Both the position numbers and the translations under genes were made by a program. This document shows positions 49,079-59,283 of a stretch of 64,000 bases of DNA, in pieces (position 1 is the stretch's first letter; each line of letters begins with the position of its first letter). Below the pieces are notes generated by a model, which did no database searches, was not told the DNA's origin, and saw only the letters and a program-made list of their open reading frames with translations. Origin of the DNA: Candidatus Krumholzibacteriales bacterium (GTDB lineage Bacteria; Krumholzibacteriota; Krumholzibacteriia; Krumholzibacteriales; WJIX01); assembly GCA_046483305.1 (NCBI GenBank), contig JAWODM010000008.1, positions 1 to 64,000 on the forward strand, given 5' to 3'.

Positions 49079-50236
49079 TTGGATAAACCGCTGGTGTTTA
49101 TAATAATAGATGCTCTGGGCTATCAGCTTGCCCAGGGGCATGATTTCAGCCCTTCCGGGCTGCCGGTCAGAAAAAGACTGAGGACTGTTCCCGGTTTCAG
49201 CCAGTCCGCGCTGACCAGTATTTTCACGGGATGTTATCCGGATGAACACAGCATGTGGATGATGTATTCCTTTTCAAGGAAAAACTCTCCCCTTAAATGG
49301 CTTTCTTTCCTTCCGGAGGGGGTGTCGGCCAGGAGAGTCTGGCTGAGAAGATTAATTGACTGGAAGCTTAGAAGGGTGGACGGGATAAAGTCCTATTATT
49401 CCCTTTACAGTGTGCCGAAGAGAATCCTCTCCCTGATTGACTTCCCTGCCAGGAGTAATATTTTCCTTCCGGGAGGTAACAACAGGCCCCACAGTTTTCT
49501 GGACGAGTTTTACAGCAGGGGCCTGGAGATTTTTATCCGGGATTACCATACACCGGAAAAGGATTCCTTCTCGCATCTCAAGAGCGCCCTTGCTGAAGGC
49601 CGGTTCGATTTCTACCTGTTGTATACCGCGGGGCTGGATGCTGCGCTTCATAAGTACGGAATGAACTCGAAGGAGATAGAAAACCGCCTGGGCTGGTACC
49701 GGCGTCAGCTGGATGAGATTTTATCAGCCGCAGAAGATATGAATATCGTGGTCATGGGCGACCACGGTATGTGCGATGTTACCGGCTGGTTGGACCTTAT
49801 TTCAAGAGTCGAAGAACTGGATTTAAGGATTCCGGAAGATTATATTCCCTTTTATGACGCCACCATGGCGAGGTTCAGGGTATTCAGTGACGATGCCGGC
49901 CGGGAGCTGGAGAAGCTTCTGGGGGGGATCGGCGAGGGCTCCGTCCTGGGGAAGAAGGATAAGAAAGAACTGGGGATAAATTTCGAAAATAATATCTTTG
50001 GCGACATCATCTATCTGATGCGTGAGGGGAGAATAATTAATCCCAGCTATATGGGTGAAAGCCCGGTAAAAGGCATGCATGGATTTCACCCGGAAGCTGA
50101 TTGTATGTACAGCGCCCTTTTTACTAACATGGAAGGGGCTGATGGATTGGAGTCCATAACCGAGGTTGCAGGACTGCTATTGCCCGGGTTCAGGCCTGAA
50201 GGAAGGGGTGGAAATGGAACTGGCCAAGATCGGTAA
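49079..50236 (+). CDS. Alkaline phosphatase superfamily protein (nucleotide pyrophosphatase/phosphodiesterase-like)
   Basis: IIDALG, GFSQSALTSIFTG, LDAALH, GDHG and GMHG metal-ligand motifs; TTG 49079 after SD GGGGGAG. Confidence 0.82.
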   Translation: MDKPLVFIIIDALGYQLAQGHDFSPSGLPVRKRLRTVPGFSQSALTSIFTGCYPDEHSMWMMYSFSRKNSPLKWLSFLPEGVSARRVWLRRLIDWKLRRVDGIKSYYSLYSVPKRILSLIDFPARSNIFLPGGNNRPHSFLDEFYSRGLEIFIRDYHTPEKDSFSHLKSALAEGRFDFYLLYTAGLDAALHKYGMNSKEIENRLGWYRRQLDEILSAAEDMNIVVMGDHGMCDVTGWLDLISRVEELDLRIPEDYIPFYDATMARFRVFSDDAGRELEKLLGGIGEGSVLGKKDKKELGINFENNIFGDIIYLMREGRIINPSYMGESPVKGMHGFHPEADCMYSALFTNMEGADGLESITEVAGLLLPGFRPEGRGGNGTGQDR

Positions 50237-51719
50237 GGCAATGAGCTGGAACGCTATGGCCAGGATTGCGCGTTTCGTTGCCGGTCCGATAGCTTACATA
50301 ATAATCGTCAGATCTCTGGGTGAATATAACTGGGGGCTGCTGAGTGTGCTGAAGAGCATTATGGGTTTTGCCCTGATACTGGTTCTGGCGGGGGGCGGCC
50401 AGGCCTTTCTCAAGTTCCTGCCCGAGATGAAGGTGAAGGGAGGAGTGGGGAAGTTTTACCCTATTGCAATGAGACTGCTTCTGATACAGGGGTTGATCTG
50501 GCTGGCGCTTCTTGCCGTAAGCTGGCTGATGGCTGACAGGATAGCGGGGCTGTACATGGTCCAGGAGCTCAATTTCAATTTCCTGCTGCTTTTCGCAGTC
50601 GGTTTTGTGATCTTTCAGGTGATGATGTCGATAGTGACCAAGGTTCTGCAGGCCCTCTACGAAACAAAGCTTCTGGGGTTCGTAATTGTAGGCGGGAACA
50701 TATTTTATATAATATGCTTAATCCTGTTTCTCAAGATTGTGAATTTCGGGATCCCCGGTGTGATACTGGCTGGAGGGATCTCTAATATCGCTATGATACT
50801 GGTCATCATTCCGAAGATAAGGTCACTTATTCATCAGGAGCAGGAGAGCGGGGAACCGGCTCCAGGTATAGGGCGGGTAATGAAATTCTCTCTGCCGTTC
50901 GTGGTAACCGGGCTTCTGAACCAGGTAGTGTGGAGGCAGTCGGAAGTCCTTTTTCTGGGCCATTATACAGGGATCGCGGAGGCCGGATATTTTGAACTCG
51001 CTTACCGTATGCCCCAGATGGTTCTCGAATTCATACCTCTGGCGATATGGCCTATAATAATGGCCGGTATGTCCGAATCGTATTCTCAGGATAAGAAGGG
51101 GCTGGCCAGAGGAGTAAGACTATATTACAAAATGCTTTATATTGTTGTCATACCGATAGCTGCCATGGGATTCGCGTTTTCCAGGGAGCTTATACCGATG
51201 CTTTACGGCCAGAATATGGTTTTCTCAGGCATGTTCGCCCAGATGTTTTTCATTGTCTTTTCCTATTCATTTCTCTATACTCCTCTCAGCATGTCACTGT
51301 ATGTTATGGGAAAAAGCTGGGTTAACATGCTTCTATTTTCTTTTCTGGCCGTTATCAATATAGGACTGGATTTTGCTTTAATTCCCCGGTACGGGTTGTG
51401 GGGAGCGTTCCTGCCGGTGGCCTTCGTGATGATTGTCGCGACAGCTGTATTCTATACGACGATCAGGAAATTCAGGAAGGATATAGAGGTACCGGTCAAA
51501 TTCATAGCCAGGTGTTACCTGGCGGGGCTGCCCACCGCGCTTCTCGCCATAACGGCATGGAAGTGGAATCAGCCGTTATCCATAGCTGTTCAGATGGTCA
51601 TCGGCACCGTAATACTGGCTTTGAGCTTCAGGCTGCTGAAAATAATCGGCGAGAGGGAGAAGGAACTCATAATGCAGATGCCGATCCCGTTCAAGAAGAT
51701 AATTGTTTCTGTCTTGTAG
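50214..51719 (+). CDS. Oligosaccharide flippase (Wzx-like)
   Basis: About 13-14 TM helices, VRSLG...WG, KFSLP, AGYF.LA, LIPRYGLWGA; ATG 50214. Confidence 0.85.
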   Translation: MELAKIGKAMSWNAMARIARFVAGPIAYIIIVRSLGEYNWGLLSVLKSIMGFALILVLAGGGQAFLKFLPEMKVKGGVGKFYPIAMRLLLIQGLIWLALLAVSWLMADRIAGLYMVQELNFNFLLLFAVGFVIFQVMMSIVTKVLQALYETKLLGFVIVGGNIFYIICLILFLKIVNFGIPGVILAGGISNIAMILVIIPKIRSLIHQEQESGEPAPGIGRVMKFSLPFVVTGLLNQVVWRQSEVLFLGHYTGIAEAGYFELAYRMPQMVLEFIPLAIWPIIMAGMSESYSQDKKGLARGVRLYYKMLYIVVIPIAAMGFAFSRELIPMLYGQNMVFSGMFAQMFFIVFSYSFLYTPLSMSLYVMGKSWVNMLLFSFLAVINIGLDFALIPRYGLWGAFLPVAFVMIVATAVFYTTIRKFRKDIEVPVKFIARCYLAGLPTALLAITAWKWNQPLSIAVQMVIGTVILALSFRLLKIIGEREKELIMQMPIPFKKIIVSVL

Positions 51720-51732
51720 ATAAGGAAGGAAA

Positions 51733-52413
51733 ATGTATAGAGAAAAATCAGTATCGGTCGTAATTCCCTGCTACAATGAGGAGGAGGGTGTTGCGGTAGT
51801 TATAAGGTCACTCCCGGAATTCATAGACGAAGTAATGGTGGTAGATAATAATTCGACTGACCGGACCGCGGAAGTGGCGGAAAAACTTGGAGCCCGGGTT
51901 ATACCGGAGAAGAAAAAAGGATACGGGGCAGCCTACAAGGCGGGCCTTCCGGAGGTCAAGGGAGATATAACGGTTACCATGGATGGTGACGGTACTTACC
52001 CGGTGGAGCAGATAGGCGAATGTATAGATTATCTGCTGGATAACGAACTTGATTTTGTATCAGCTGCCAGATTTCCCCTTAAGGACTCCGATTCGATGTA
52101 TTTTTCCAACAAGCTGGGGAATTCGATACTGACCCTGGCCACTCTGATACTTTTCATGAGGAACGTAAAGGATTCACAGTCCGGTATGTGGATATACCGC
52201 AGCGGTATATATCCCAAACTGAATCCCAGGAGTGACGGAATGCCTCTCAGTGAAGAGATTAAGATCAACGCCATCCGCCACCCTGATATCAGTTTTGATG
52301 AATACCATGTGAATTACCATCCGCGGGTGGGAGAGGTGAAACTCAATAAGTGGAAGGATGGTTTCGAAAATCTTCTTTATCTGTTGAAATTGAGATTCAG
52401 CAGAATTAAATAG
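51733..52413 (+). CDS. Glycosyltransferase family 2, polyprenol-phosphate glycosyltransferase (DPM1/GtrB-like)
   Basis: VVIPCYNEE, VVDNNSTD, KGYG.A, MDGDGTY, DSQSG, R.GE.KL..WKDG. Confidence 0.85.
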   Translation: MYREKSVSVVIPCYNEEEGVAVVIRSLPEFIDEVMVVDNNSTDRTAEVAEKLGARVIPEKKKGYGAAYKAGLPEVKGDITVTMDGDGTYPVEQIGECIDYLLDNELDFVSAARFPLKDSDSMYFSNKLGNSILTLATLILFMRNVKDSQSGMWIYRSGIYPKLNPRSDGMPLSEEIKINAIRHPDISFDEYHVNYHPRVGEVKLNKWKDGFENLLYLLKLRFSRIK

Positions 52414-52457
52414 TTAACCGTAATTGACCGCCGGACAGACCGCCAGAGAGGTACCTG

Positions 52458-52823
52458 ATGATTAAAAGCCTTATTCTGATTATAATCACTGTTCTGTTGA
52501 ATACCGCGGGGCAGTTTATGATGAAAACAGGAATAAACAAGATAGGAATGATAGGATTCGATAACTTCTTCGGATCAATGATCAAGGCGGTAACCAGCGG
52601 TTTCGTTATCGGCGGGTTCCTGTCATACGCGGTGAGCGCTGTCCTGTGGATTGTTATTCTGTCCAGGTCCGATCTAAGCTGGGCTTTCCCCATGGTAAGC
52701 CTCTCATACGTTGTTACAGCCCTGCTTGCTCCATATTTTCTGAATGAGCCGTTTACCATAACGAGGTTTCTGGGGATCCTGGTAATTGTCAGCGGTGTGT
52801 TCATCGTGGCCAGGACCTACTGA
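52458..52823 (+). CDS. Small 4-TM EamA/SMR-like protein (ArnE/ArnF-like)
   Basis: 121 aa, GQ...K, W...LSR.DLS.AFP..SLSYV, E......LG..VI..GV. Confidence 0.8.
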   Translation: MIKSLILIIITVLLNTAGQFMMKTGINKIGMIGFDNFFGSMIKAVTSGFVIGGFLSYAVSAVLWIVILSRSDLSWAFPMVSLSYVVTALLAPYFLNEPFTITRFLGILVIVSGVFIVARTY

Positions 52824-52857
52824 TAGTAATTCGGTCTTTTAAAGAGGGGCAACTGTA

Positions 52858-55422
52858 TTGCGGAACCGAACCCCGTTCTTGATATTCTGTTCAGCTGTAA
52901 CAGTTCTCTCGTATATGACAGGAGCTGGAATTCTTCCGGGACCGGATATAGCCGGAATAGCGCTTGCCTTCCTGTCAGTCCTGGCCATTCCGGCGATTCT
53001 GATTAACCTGGCACTGAATATCAGGATAACATCCGATCTCAGAGGTATCTGCCGCCTGATCTCGACAGGTTTCATATATATTTCCCTGCTGGTTTGCACG
53101 GGTCTGATACCGGGTATCGACCTGGGTTTGATTTCGATCCTGGGGGCGTCTTTTAATATTATCCTTATTCTGATCCTGGCTATGAAGGGAAGGCCCGCTG
53201 GGGAGAAGAGGATGGACAGGTTTATAAGCAGAATGCTGGGAAGGGATTCAGCCGGAAAAAGCGGGTTGCGCATCGCTCTTTTTATCGTTCTGTTCGCTCT
53301 TCTGTTTACGGTATATTACGGAAACGGCGCTGTTTCCCCGTCGATGGATTCCCTGGATCACCTCAGCTTCATAAGAAGAGCTGCCGAAACAGAAAAGATC
53401 CTTCCGGAAGACTCGTTCTATATCGATGGAGACGGTGAATTCCCTGATCCGAGAAAGGGGATCTTCCATTCAGCGGAGGCCCTGATCCTGCTGCAGTCTG
53501 AGGCAAAACCGCTGTTTTTCTGGAAGGTAATGCCTGCTTTTATTGCCTTTGCCGCGGTGGCGGCTTTCTTGTTCTTCGCCTTTCAACTCCTCGATTCGCG
53601 CTGGAAAACCGCTCTGGCGGTTATTCTTTTATTTGTTTTCTTCAGGGGGGAAGGGGCTAAATGGTTTATAAAAATCGCATACAGCAGGAATATAGCCCAG
53701 ATTCTATTCTGGCTGGACCTGGGATTTGTTCTCTGGAGTTTAAAGAACCCTGACGGGGGAAGAAACTATACCCTGTTATTCTTCCTTGCCCTTGCAGGAG
53801 CTGCCGTTCACCCGGTATTCGCTCTGACTGTGCTGACAGCGCTGCTGGCGCTTCTGATACATTCCTTCCTTCCCGGCGGCAGTGAAACCCGCAGGGGAGT
53901 GCTCAAGATGGTTGCGGTTAACGCGGCGGGGATGGCAGTTCCACTTGTAGTGCGCCTGATTTCACTGGGCGGAGAATACAATTTTATTCATACACACATG
54001 CAGGGAATGTTGATAATTTCAGAACATCTGCGCCTTATCGACCCCCTGGAGCTGAGAAGCAGCCAGGGGGTGATACTTATCTTCGCGGTCGTCTCTCTCC
54101 CGCTTTACTTCCTGGCGGCCGGCCTCAGAAGGTCAATTAAGACTGTGGAGAGCATGTTTATAATTCCGGTTATTCTGGTAATCAATCCGATAACCGGAGC
54201 TGTGCTGGAGCGTTATCTCGGGTATATTCATTCAAGGATGTTGAATGCCGCCCCGGTTATATGCTTTACGGCGCTGATAATTCCGGAACTGATGAGGATA
54301 CTGTTCACCGGCAGACCGGTAATGAATTACCGGCCTGTATCGATGAGCATGAATATCACAAAACGTATTGCGGCGGCTGCAATTATAATATTCTTTATTG
54401 CTTACCCCCTGAAATATGAGGGACTGAGCAATATGAGGGGAGTAACCGGTAGCTGCTCAGAGCGGGAATATGCCGGGCTGTTCGAAGAGATGAACAGGCA
54501 CATACCGGGCCGTTCAGTTATCCTTTCAGATCCGGTGACCAGTTACTTCATTTCAGGTATGACCGGGCACTTTGTTTACCTGGTCCCCGCCCAGCACGAA
54601 CCTCCTTCAGACCTGAAAGCCCCCCTCAGAAACAGGAGAGCCCGGGATCTCTTCTGCACCCCTCTGTCGGAAGGGGATGATATCTCATGGATCGGGGAGG
54701 AGGGTATCGAATATCTGCTTCTGGATAATAACGGGAAAAATATTTCCGACTTCTATGGTATTTCCGACTGTGTGAACATGAAGGGATTAAAGAAAGATCT
54801 GCTGGAGGCAGAAGTTTTCGGCCCGGTAGCTGATATCGGAGATTATTCTCTAATGCGGTTTAAGGGAACCGGGGGAACGATTCTTCCTGAGAGGAAAGAT
54901 ACGGGAGAGGATGAGCGGATCCCGGAAGAGGCAGCCGCGCTGGATGTCGATGCGGGCGGGGGTATAAAGCTGCGCGGTTTATATATCAGGGTACCCGGCC
55001 TGAAAAAAGGATCGCTGATGGAAGGAACTCTTTACTGGGAGAGATCGGAGGAAGTGGAATTCGGGCTTCCACTGATGTGTACGGTAAGGCTGGATACCAG
55101 CTATCCAAAAGGCAGTTTCTACAGGGGCTGGTACAGCAAGCTTTACCGAAGGGAGCTTCAGGAGCGGACCGGTACCCGCTACCGTCATACTTTCTCCGGT
55201 TTTGTTCGGGGAGAGTATGCCTATCCTGACAGATGGACTGCAGGTGATATTGTACCCCAGGATTTTTCGGTTTACCTCCCCGCGAATATGAAGAGCGGCG
55301 ATTATCAGATGAGGGTAAAGGTCTGGAAGAAGAGCTATCTCAGAAACCGGAAGTTAAAGGATTATTTCCTTGATAACGATTCCAGGCAGGGAGTAACAGT
55401 GCTCAGACTGAATATCGACTGA
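52858..55422 (+). CDS. Large multi-pass membrane protein, GT-C-like, with a C-terminal extracytoplasmic domain
   Basis: Many TM helices, loop motif SMDSLDHLSFIRR, SVILSDP..SY, C-terminal TLYW...W..GDIV..D..V.LP.....GDY. Confidence 0.6.
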   Translation: MRNRTPFLIFCSAVTVLSYMTGAGILPGPDIAGIALAFLSVLAIPAILINLALNIRITSDLRGICRLISTGFIYISLLVCTGLIPGIDLGLISILGASFNIILILILAMKGRPAGEKRMDRFISRMLGRDSAGKSGLRIALFIVLFALLFTVYYGNGAVSPSMDSLDHLSFIRRAAETEKILPEDSFYIDGDGEFPDPRKGIFHSAEALILLQSEAKPLFFWKVMPAFIAFAAVAAFLFFAFQLLDSRWKTALAVILLFVFFRGEGAKWFIKIAYSRNIAQILFWLDLGFVLWSLKNPDGGRNYTLLFFLALAGAAVHPVFALTVLTALLALLIHSFLPGGSETRRGVLKMVAVNAAGMAVPLVVRLISLGGEYNFIHTHMQGMLIISEHLRLIDPLELRSSQGVILIFAVVSLPLYFLAAGLRRSIKTVESMFIIPVILVINPITGAVLERYLGYIHSRMLNAAPVICFTALIIPELMRILFTGRPVMNYRPVSMSMNITKRIAAAAIIIFFIAYPLKYEGLSNMRGVTGSCSEREYAGLFEEMNRHIPGRSVILSDPVTSYFISGMTGHFVYLVPAQHEPPSDLKAPLRNRRARDLFCTPLSEGDDISWIGEEGIEYLLLDNNGKNISDFYGISDCVNMKGLKKDLLEAEVFGPVADIGDYSLMRFKGTGGTILPERKDTGEDERIPEEAAALDVDAGGGIKLRGLYIRVPGLKKGSLMEGTLYWERSEEVEFGLPLMCTVRLDTSYPKGSFYRGWYSKLYRRELQERTGTRYRHTFSGFVRGEYAYPDRWTAGDIVPQDFSVYLPANMKSGDYQMRVKVWKKSYLRNRKLKDYFLDNDSRQGVTVLRLNID

Positions 55423-55464
55423 GAGCGGGAGTTTGTGTTAAAGCTGATCTGACGGTGATTTGAT

Positions 55465-56574
55465 TTGGATGATTCAGAGAGAATAAAGGTTCTGTTATTT
55501 TCTGACGCTGATTATACCGGGGGAGCCGAAAAGTATATTTACTATCTCGCCCGGTATCTTCCCTGCCGAAAGCATGTGGTAATCGAAGGGGATCCGGGGC
55601 CGGACAGGCTGAAGAACTGGCTGGACGGGATTGAGATCCCCTTTACCGTGATATCTTCCGATTCCGCAGCTGAGAGGTTTAGGAGATTATTCGCCCTGAT
55701 GCGCGATATCAGGCCGGATATTCTGCACATCAACCTGCCCGGACCTTTTGACGCCCATTACAGCCTGATAGCCCCGCTGGCAAAAGCGGCGGGGGTTAAT
55801 TACGTTCTCACCACCGAGCACCTCCCGATGAATAGCCCCTTTATGAAATCAAGAATCCTCAAGGGTTTCGCGGCCAGGTTCATCGATTGTGTCATAACAG
55901 TAAGCCGGGATAACAGGAGGCATCTCATAAAAAAACATAAGGTGCCGGAAAGAAAGATCAGAGTAATTTATAACGGGATACCAGACCCGCTTGAAGAGGG
56001 CTCTTCTCTCAGGGAATCTCCGGAAGATGAGAAAGGGATCTTCAGGGTGGCGCTGGTTGGATCCCTCCTGCCGAAAAAGGGCCAGAAGGAAGCTGTCGAA
56101 GCGATCGGCAGGCTGGATGAAAGAATACATCTGTACCTGGCCGGGGAAGGGAGTATGGAGGAGCAGTTAAGAGAGATGGTTAAACAGTACGGGTTGAAGA
56201 GCCGGGTTCATTTCATGGGTTATGTCGATGATGTATTCGGGTTCCTGAGTGATAAGGACCTTCTGCTGGTACCATCAAGTGTGGAGGCAACCCCATACAC
56301 TGTGATTGAGGGCCTGGCAGCCGGGATTCCGGTGATAGCCAGCAACATATACGGAATACCGGAAATGATCGAGGATGGAAAGACCGGGATTCTGATTGAC
56401 CGGGGCGGCCTTGAACCGGCTATCAGGTCAATGTTTGAGAACCGGTCTCTTCTGCGGGACATCTCCAGAGAGGGAAGGGCTCATTACGAAAGCTCGTTCC
56501 GGGTGGAGAAATCGGTAAATGAAACCATGAGTATTTACAGAGAGGTGATGCATAGAGGGAGGCCCCGAGAATGA
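55465..56574 (+). CDS. Glycosyltransferase family 4
   Basis: GGAEK, VIYNGI, KKGQ, PS..EA.P..VIE, ASNIYGIPE. Confidence 0.9.
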   Translation: MDDSERIKVLLFSDADYTGGAEKYIYYLARYLPCRKHVVIEGDPGPDRLKNWLDGIEIPFTVISSDSAAERFRRLFALMRDIRPDILHINLPGPFDAHYSLIAPLAKAAGVNYVLTTEHLPMNSPFMKSRILKGFAARFIDCVITVSRDNRRHLIKKHKVPERKIRVIYNGIPDPLEEGSSLRESPEDEKGIFRVALVGSLLPKKGQKEAVEAIGRLDERIHLYLAGEGSMEEQLREMVKQYGLKSRVHFMGYVDDVFGFLSDKDLLLVPSSVEATPYTVIEGLAAGIPVIASNIYGIPEMIEDGKTGILIDRGGLEPAIRSMFENRSLLRDISREGRAHYESSFRVEKSVNETMSIYREVMHRGRPRE

Positions 56575-57782
56575 AGATACTGATAGCTTTGTCCTTCTCT
56601 CCATGGCCGGTAACAAGGGGAACTGACAGGCTGATTGTAAATCTTCTCAGGGGGCTTTCCCGCCGCCATCAGGTAAAGCTGGTTACCATGGTTCTCGAAC
56701 GAAAAGGGATCAGCGCCCTCAGAGAACTGGAGGGCGATGGCATAACGGTGGAAGCGATGCTTGCCCCGCAACGGAAATCGGTTTTTCACAGAGTGACCCT
56801 GAAGTTCTGGAACCTTCTCCGGTCGGCCGTGATGAGAATTCCTGTTCAGACTCTCTATGCCGCTCCCACTTCATATCTCAATCTGGTCGCCGGCACCGCC
56901 CGGAACTGGAATCCGGATCTTACCATAGTGAATTACTGGCATCTGTGGGAGCTGGCGGAAATGCTGGGGGGGAGTGAGAAGGCACTGCTTACCCATGACC
57001 TGGATTTCATGAATTACCCTGAAAGGATCCGGGCGGAAAACGGACGAGTCAGGAAGATGCTGTCCGGATATAATTTCCGGATTAAGACGGAAGCAGAAAT
57101 GAAGGCTTACCGTTCTTTCGACAGGATACTTACTGTCACCGGGAAGGAAGCCGCCGAACTTGAACAGTACCTTGATGAAACAGGAAAGAAGATAATCCCT
57201 CTTCCCATGGCCATGGACCTGGAACAATTCAAGCCGGAAGAGTCGGAAAGGCCGGGAAATTTTATTCTGCTGATGGGGGTATTCTATTCAGATTTCAACA
57301 GGGATTCATTGATGTACTTTCTGGAAAGGATCTTTCCGAAGATAATCGGCCGGAAACCGGATGCCCGCCTGGAAATAGTGGGCCCGGGGGTTCCCGAGGG
57401 TGTTGCTGACTCACTGTATGAAAGAGGGGTGGTCAGGGGCAGGGTTGACGACATAGCTGTCTATCTTCGAGATTGCGCGGTTATGGTCCTTCCACTGAGA
57501 TTCGCCGCCGGCGTAAGGATAAGGATGCTGGAGGCGGCAGCTGCGGGCACTCCGGTGGTGAGCACATCTGCCGGAGTGGCGGGGTTGGAAATAAGAAGCG
57601 GCGTGGAGTATATCCAGGCGGACGATCCTGACGAATTTTCGGCCCGGGTGGTAGAACTGCTGGAAGACCGCCAGCTGGCCGTAAGAATTGGTATGGGGGC
57701 GCGAAAATGGGCAGAGGAAAATATCTCGCTCTCCAGCTATCCCGACCGGCTGGACGCTGTTCTGGAAAGGCTGATGGAATAA
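56571..57782 (+). CDS. Glycosyltransferase family 4
   Basis: GRVDD, PLRFAAGVRIRMLEAAAAGTPVVST. Confidence 0.85.
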   Translation: MKILIALSFSPWPVTRGTDRLIVNLLRGLSRRHQVKLVTMVLERKGISALRELEGDGITVEAMLAPQRKSVFHRVTLKFWNLLRSAVMRIPVQTLYAAPTSYLNLVAGTARNWNPDLTIVNYWHLWELAEMLGGSEKALLTHDLDFMNYPERIRAENGRVRKMLSGYNFRIKTEAEMKAYRSFDRILTVTGKEAAELEQYLDETGKKIIPLPMAMDLEQFKPEESERPGNFILLMGVFYSDFNRDSLMYFLERIFPKIIGRKPDARLEIVGPGVPEGVADSLYERGVVRGRVDDIAVYLRDCAVMVLPLRFAAGVRIRMLEAAAAGTPVVSTSAGVAGLEIRSGVEYIQADDPDEFSARVVELLEDRQLAVRIGMGARKWAEENISLSSYPDRLDAVLERLME

Positions 57783-57801
57783 TTATTAACTCCCGCCGGT
57801 T

Positions 57802-59283
57802 TTAGCTGGCGGTGAAATCTATTTTGGGGTTGTAATCGTCCATTTTAGGGAAATTATCCAGCACTCCCGCTATTGCGGCCTGCAGGAATGAATTAACCCA
57901 CCAGTAGATGTCATGTTCCATGATATTTTCCTGCAGCTTACGCATCCTGTTTTTCCGCTCCTCGGAATCCATTCTGGCGGCCCTGGAGATTGCGCCGGCA
58001 ACTTCTTCTATATTGTACGGGTTTACCAGCAGCACCCCATTCTGCATCTGGGCTGCCGCGCCGGCGAACTCGCTGAGTATTACCGTGCCGGTCTGCTCGA
58101 TGTTAGAAGCGCAGTATTCCTTGGCGATCAGGTTCATCCCATCCTTCAGAGGGGTAATAAGCGCAATTTCCGCGGTCCTGTAATAGGAAAGCAGTTCCTG
58201 CCGGTCCAGCGATCTGTAAATGTAGTGAATAGGGACCCACCCGGAGATGGTGAACTGGCCATTTATTTCGCTGACCAGCCTGTCGATTTCGGTCTTCAGC
58301 TCCTGATACATCGGGATCTTGCGCCGGCTGGGAACCACTACCTGGATCATGGTTAACTTTCTGCGGAATTCCGGGTTATTTTCGAGCACTTTCTTGAATG
58401 CCTTCAGGCGGTAGGGAATACCCTTGGTATAATCCAGACGGTCTATACCAAGTATTATTTTGCTGTTGGGGATATCCTCATGTATTAACCAGGCCCGGTC
58501 TGCAACCTCCTTCGACCTGGCCAGGGAGGAGAATTCATTATAATCTATGCTTATCGGGAAGCTGCCAACTCTCACGCTCTTGTCGCCGACGTGGGCTTTT
58601 ATAACCTGTCCCTTGCCCTCAATGGTGACTCCCTTTACGAATGTCTTGAGGCATTGAATAAAGTTCCTGCGGTCGCGGAGGGTTTGAAATCCGATCAGAT
58701 CGAAGTTAAGAAGAGAGAGCAGAATCTCGGTTCTCCAGGGCAGTTTGAAGAATATGTCAATCGGTGGAAAAGGTATGTGGAGGTAATAGGCCAGCTTGTT
58801 TTTCACTTTCAATTCACGCATGAAGTGGGCTACACACATCAGATGATAGTCGTGGACCCATATGAAATCGCCTTCACCGGTTTCCTCTTTCAGTATCGAA
58901 GCGAATCTCCGGTTGATCTTCTTATATTCATCCCAGTATTCGGGATCGAAATTGCAGTAGGACTGTAAGTCGTGAAAAAGGGGCCAGATAACCTCGTTCG
59001 AAAAACCGATGTAATATTTCTGTATCTCTTCTTCGGTCATCTGTACCGGTTTCAAATCGTACCCCGCCTCTTTCGAAGCCGCCCTGCAGGGTGTTTCCAC
59101 ATCGGAAACTTCGTATGTCCCGGGCCAGCCGATCCAGAGCCCGCCCCTGTTCTGTAGAACAGGGGCAAGAGCGGTTACCAATCCTCCCGAACCGGGTTTG
59201 ATTTCCCACTTCCCATCTTTCCTTGAAAGGACGAATGGGAGCCTGTTAGATGCAATAACCAGTCTTTCTACAGGATCATCCAT
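57802..59283 (-). CDS. otsA: Trehalose-6-phosphate synthase
   Basis: SNRLP, GGLVTAL, WIGWPG, WVHDYHL, HIPFP, DRLDYTKG, DGMNL.AKEY, LSEFAGAA. Confidence 0.95.
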   Translation of the reverse strand: MDDPVERLVIASNRLPFVLSRKDGKWEIKPGSGGLVTALAPVLQNRGGLWIGWPGTYEVSDVETPCRAASKEAGYDLKPVQMTEEEIQKYYIGFSNEVIWPLFHDLQSYCNFDPEYWDEYKKINRRFASILKEETGEGDFIWVHDYHLMCVAHFMRELKVKNKLAYYLHIPFPPIDIFFKLPWRTEILLSLLNFDLIGFQTLRDRRNFIQCLKTFVKGVTIEGKGQVIKAHVGDKSVRVGSFPISIDYNEFSSLARSKEVADRAWLIHEDIPNSKIILGIDRLDYTKGIPYRLKAFKKVLENNPEFRRKLTMIQVVVPSRRKIPMYQELKTEIDRLVSEINGQFTISGWVPIHYIYRSLDRQELLSYYRTAEIALITPLKDGMNLIAKEYCASNIEQTGTVILSEFAGAAAQMQNGVLLVNPYNIEEVAGAISRAARMDSEERKNRMRKLQENIMEHDIYWWVNSFLQAAIAGVLDNFPKMDDYNPKIDFTAS

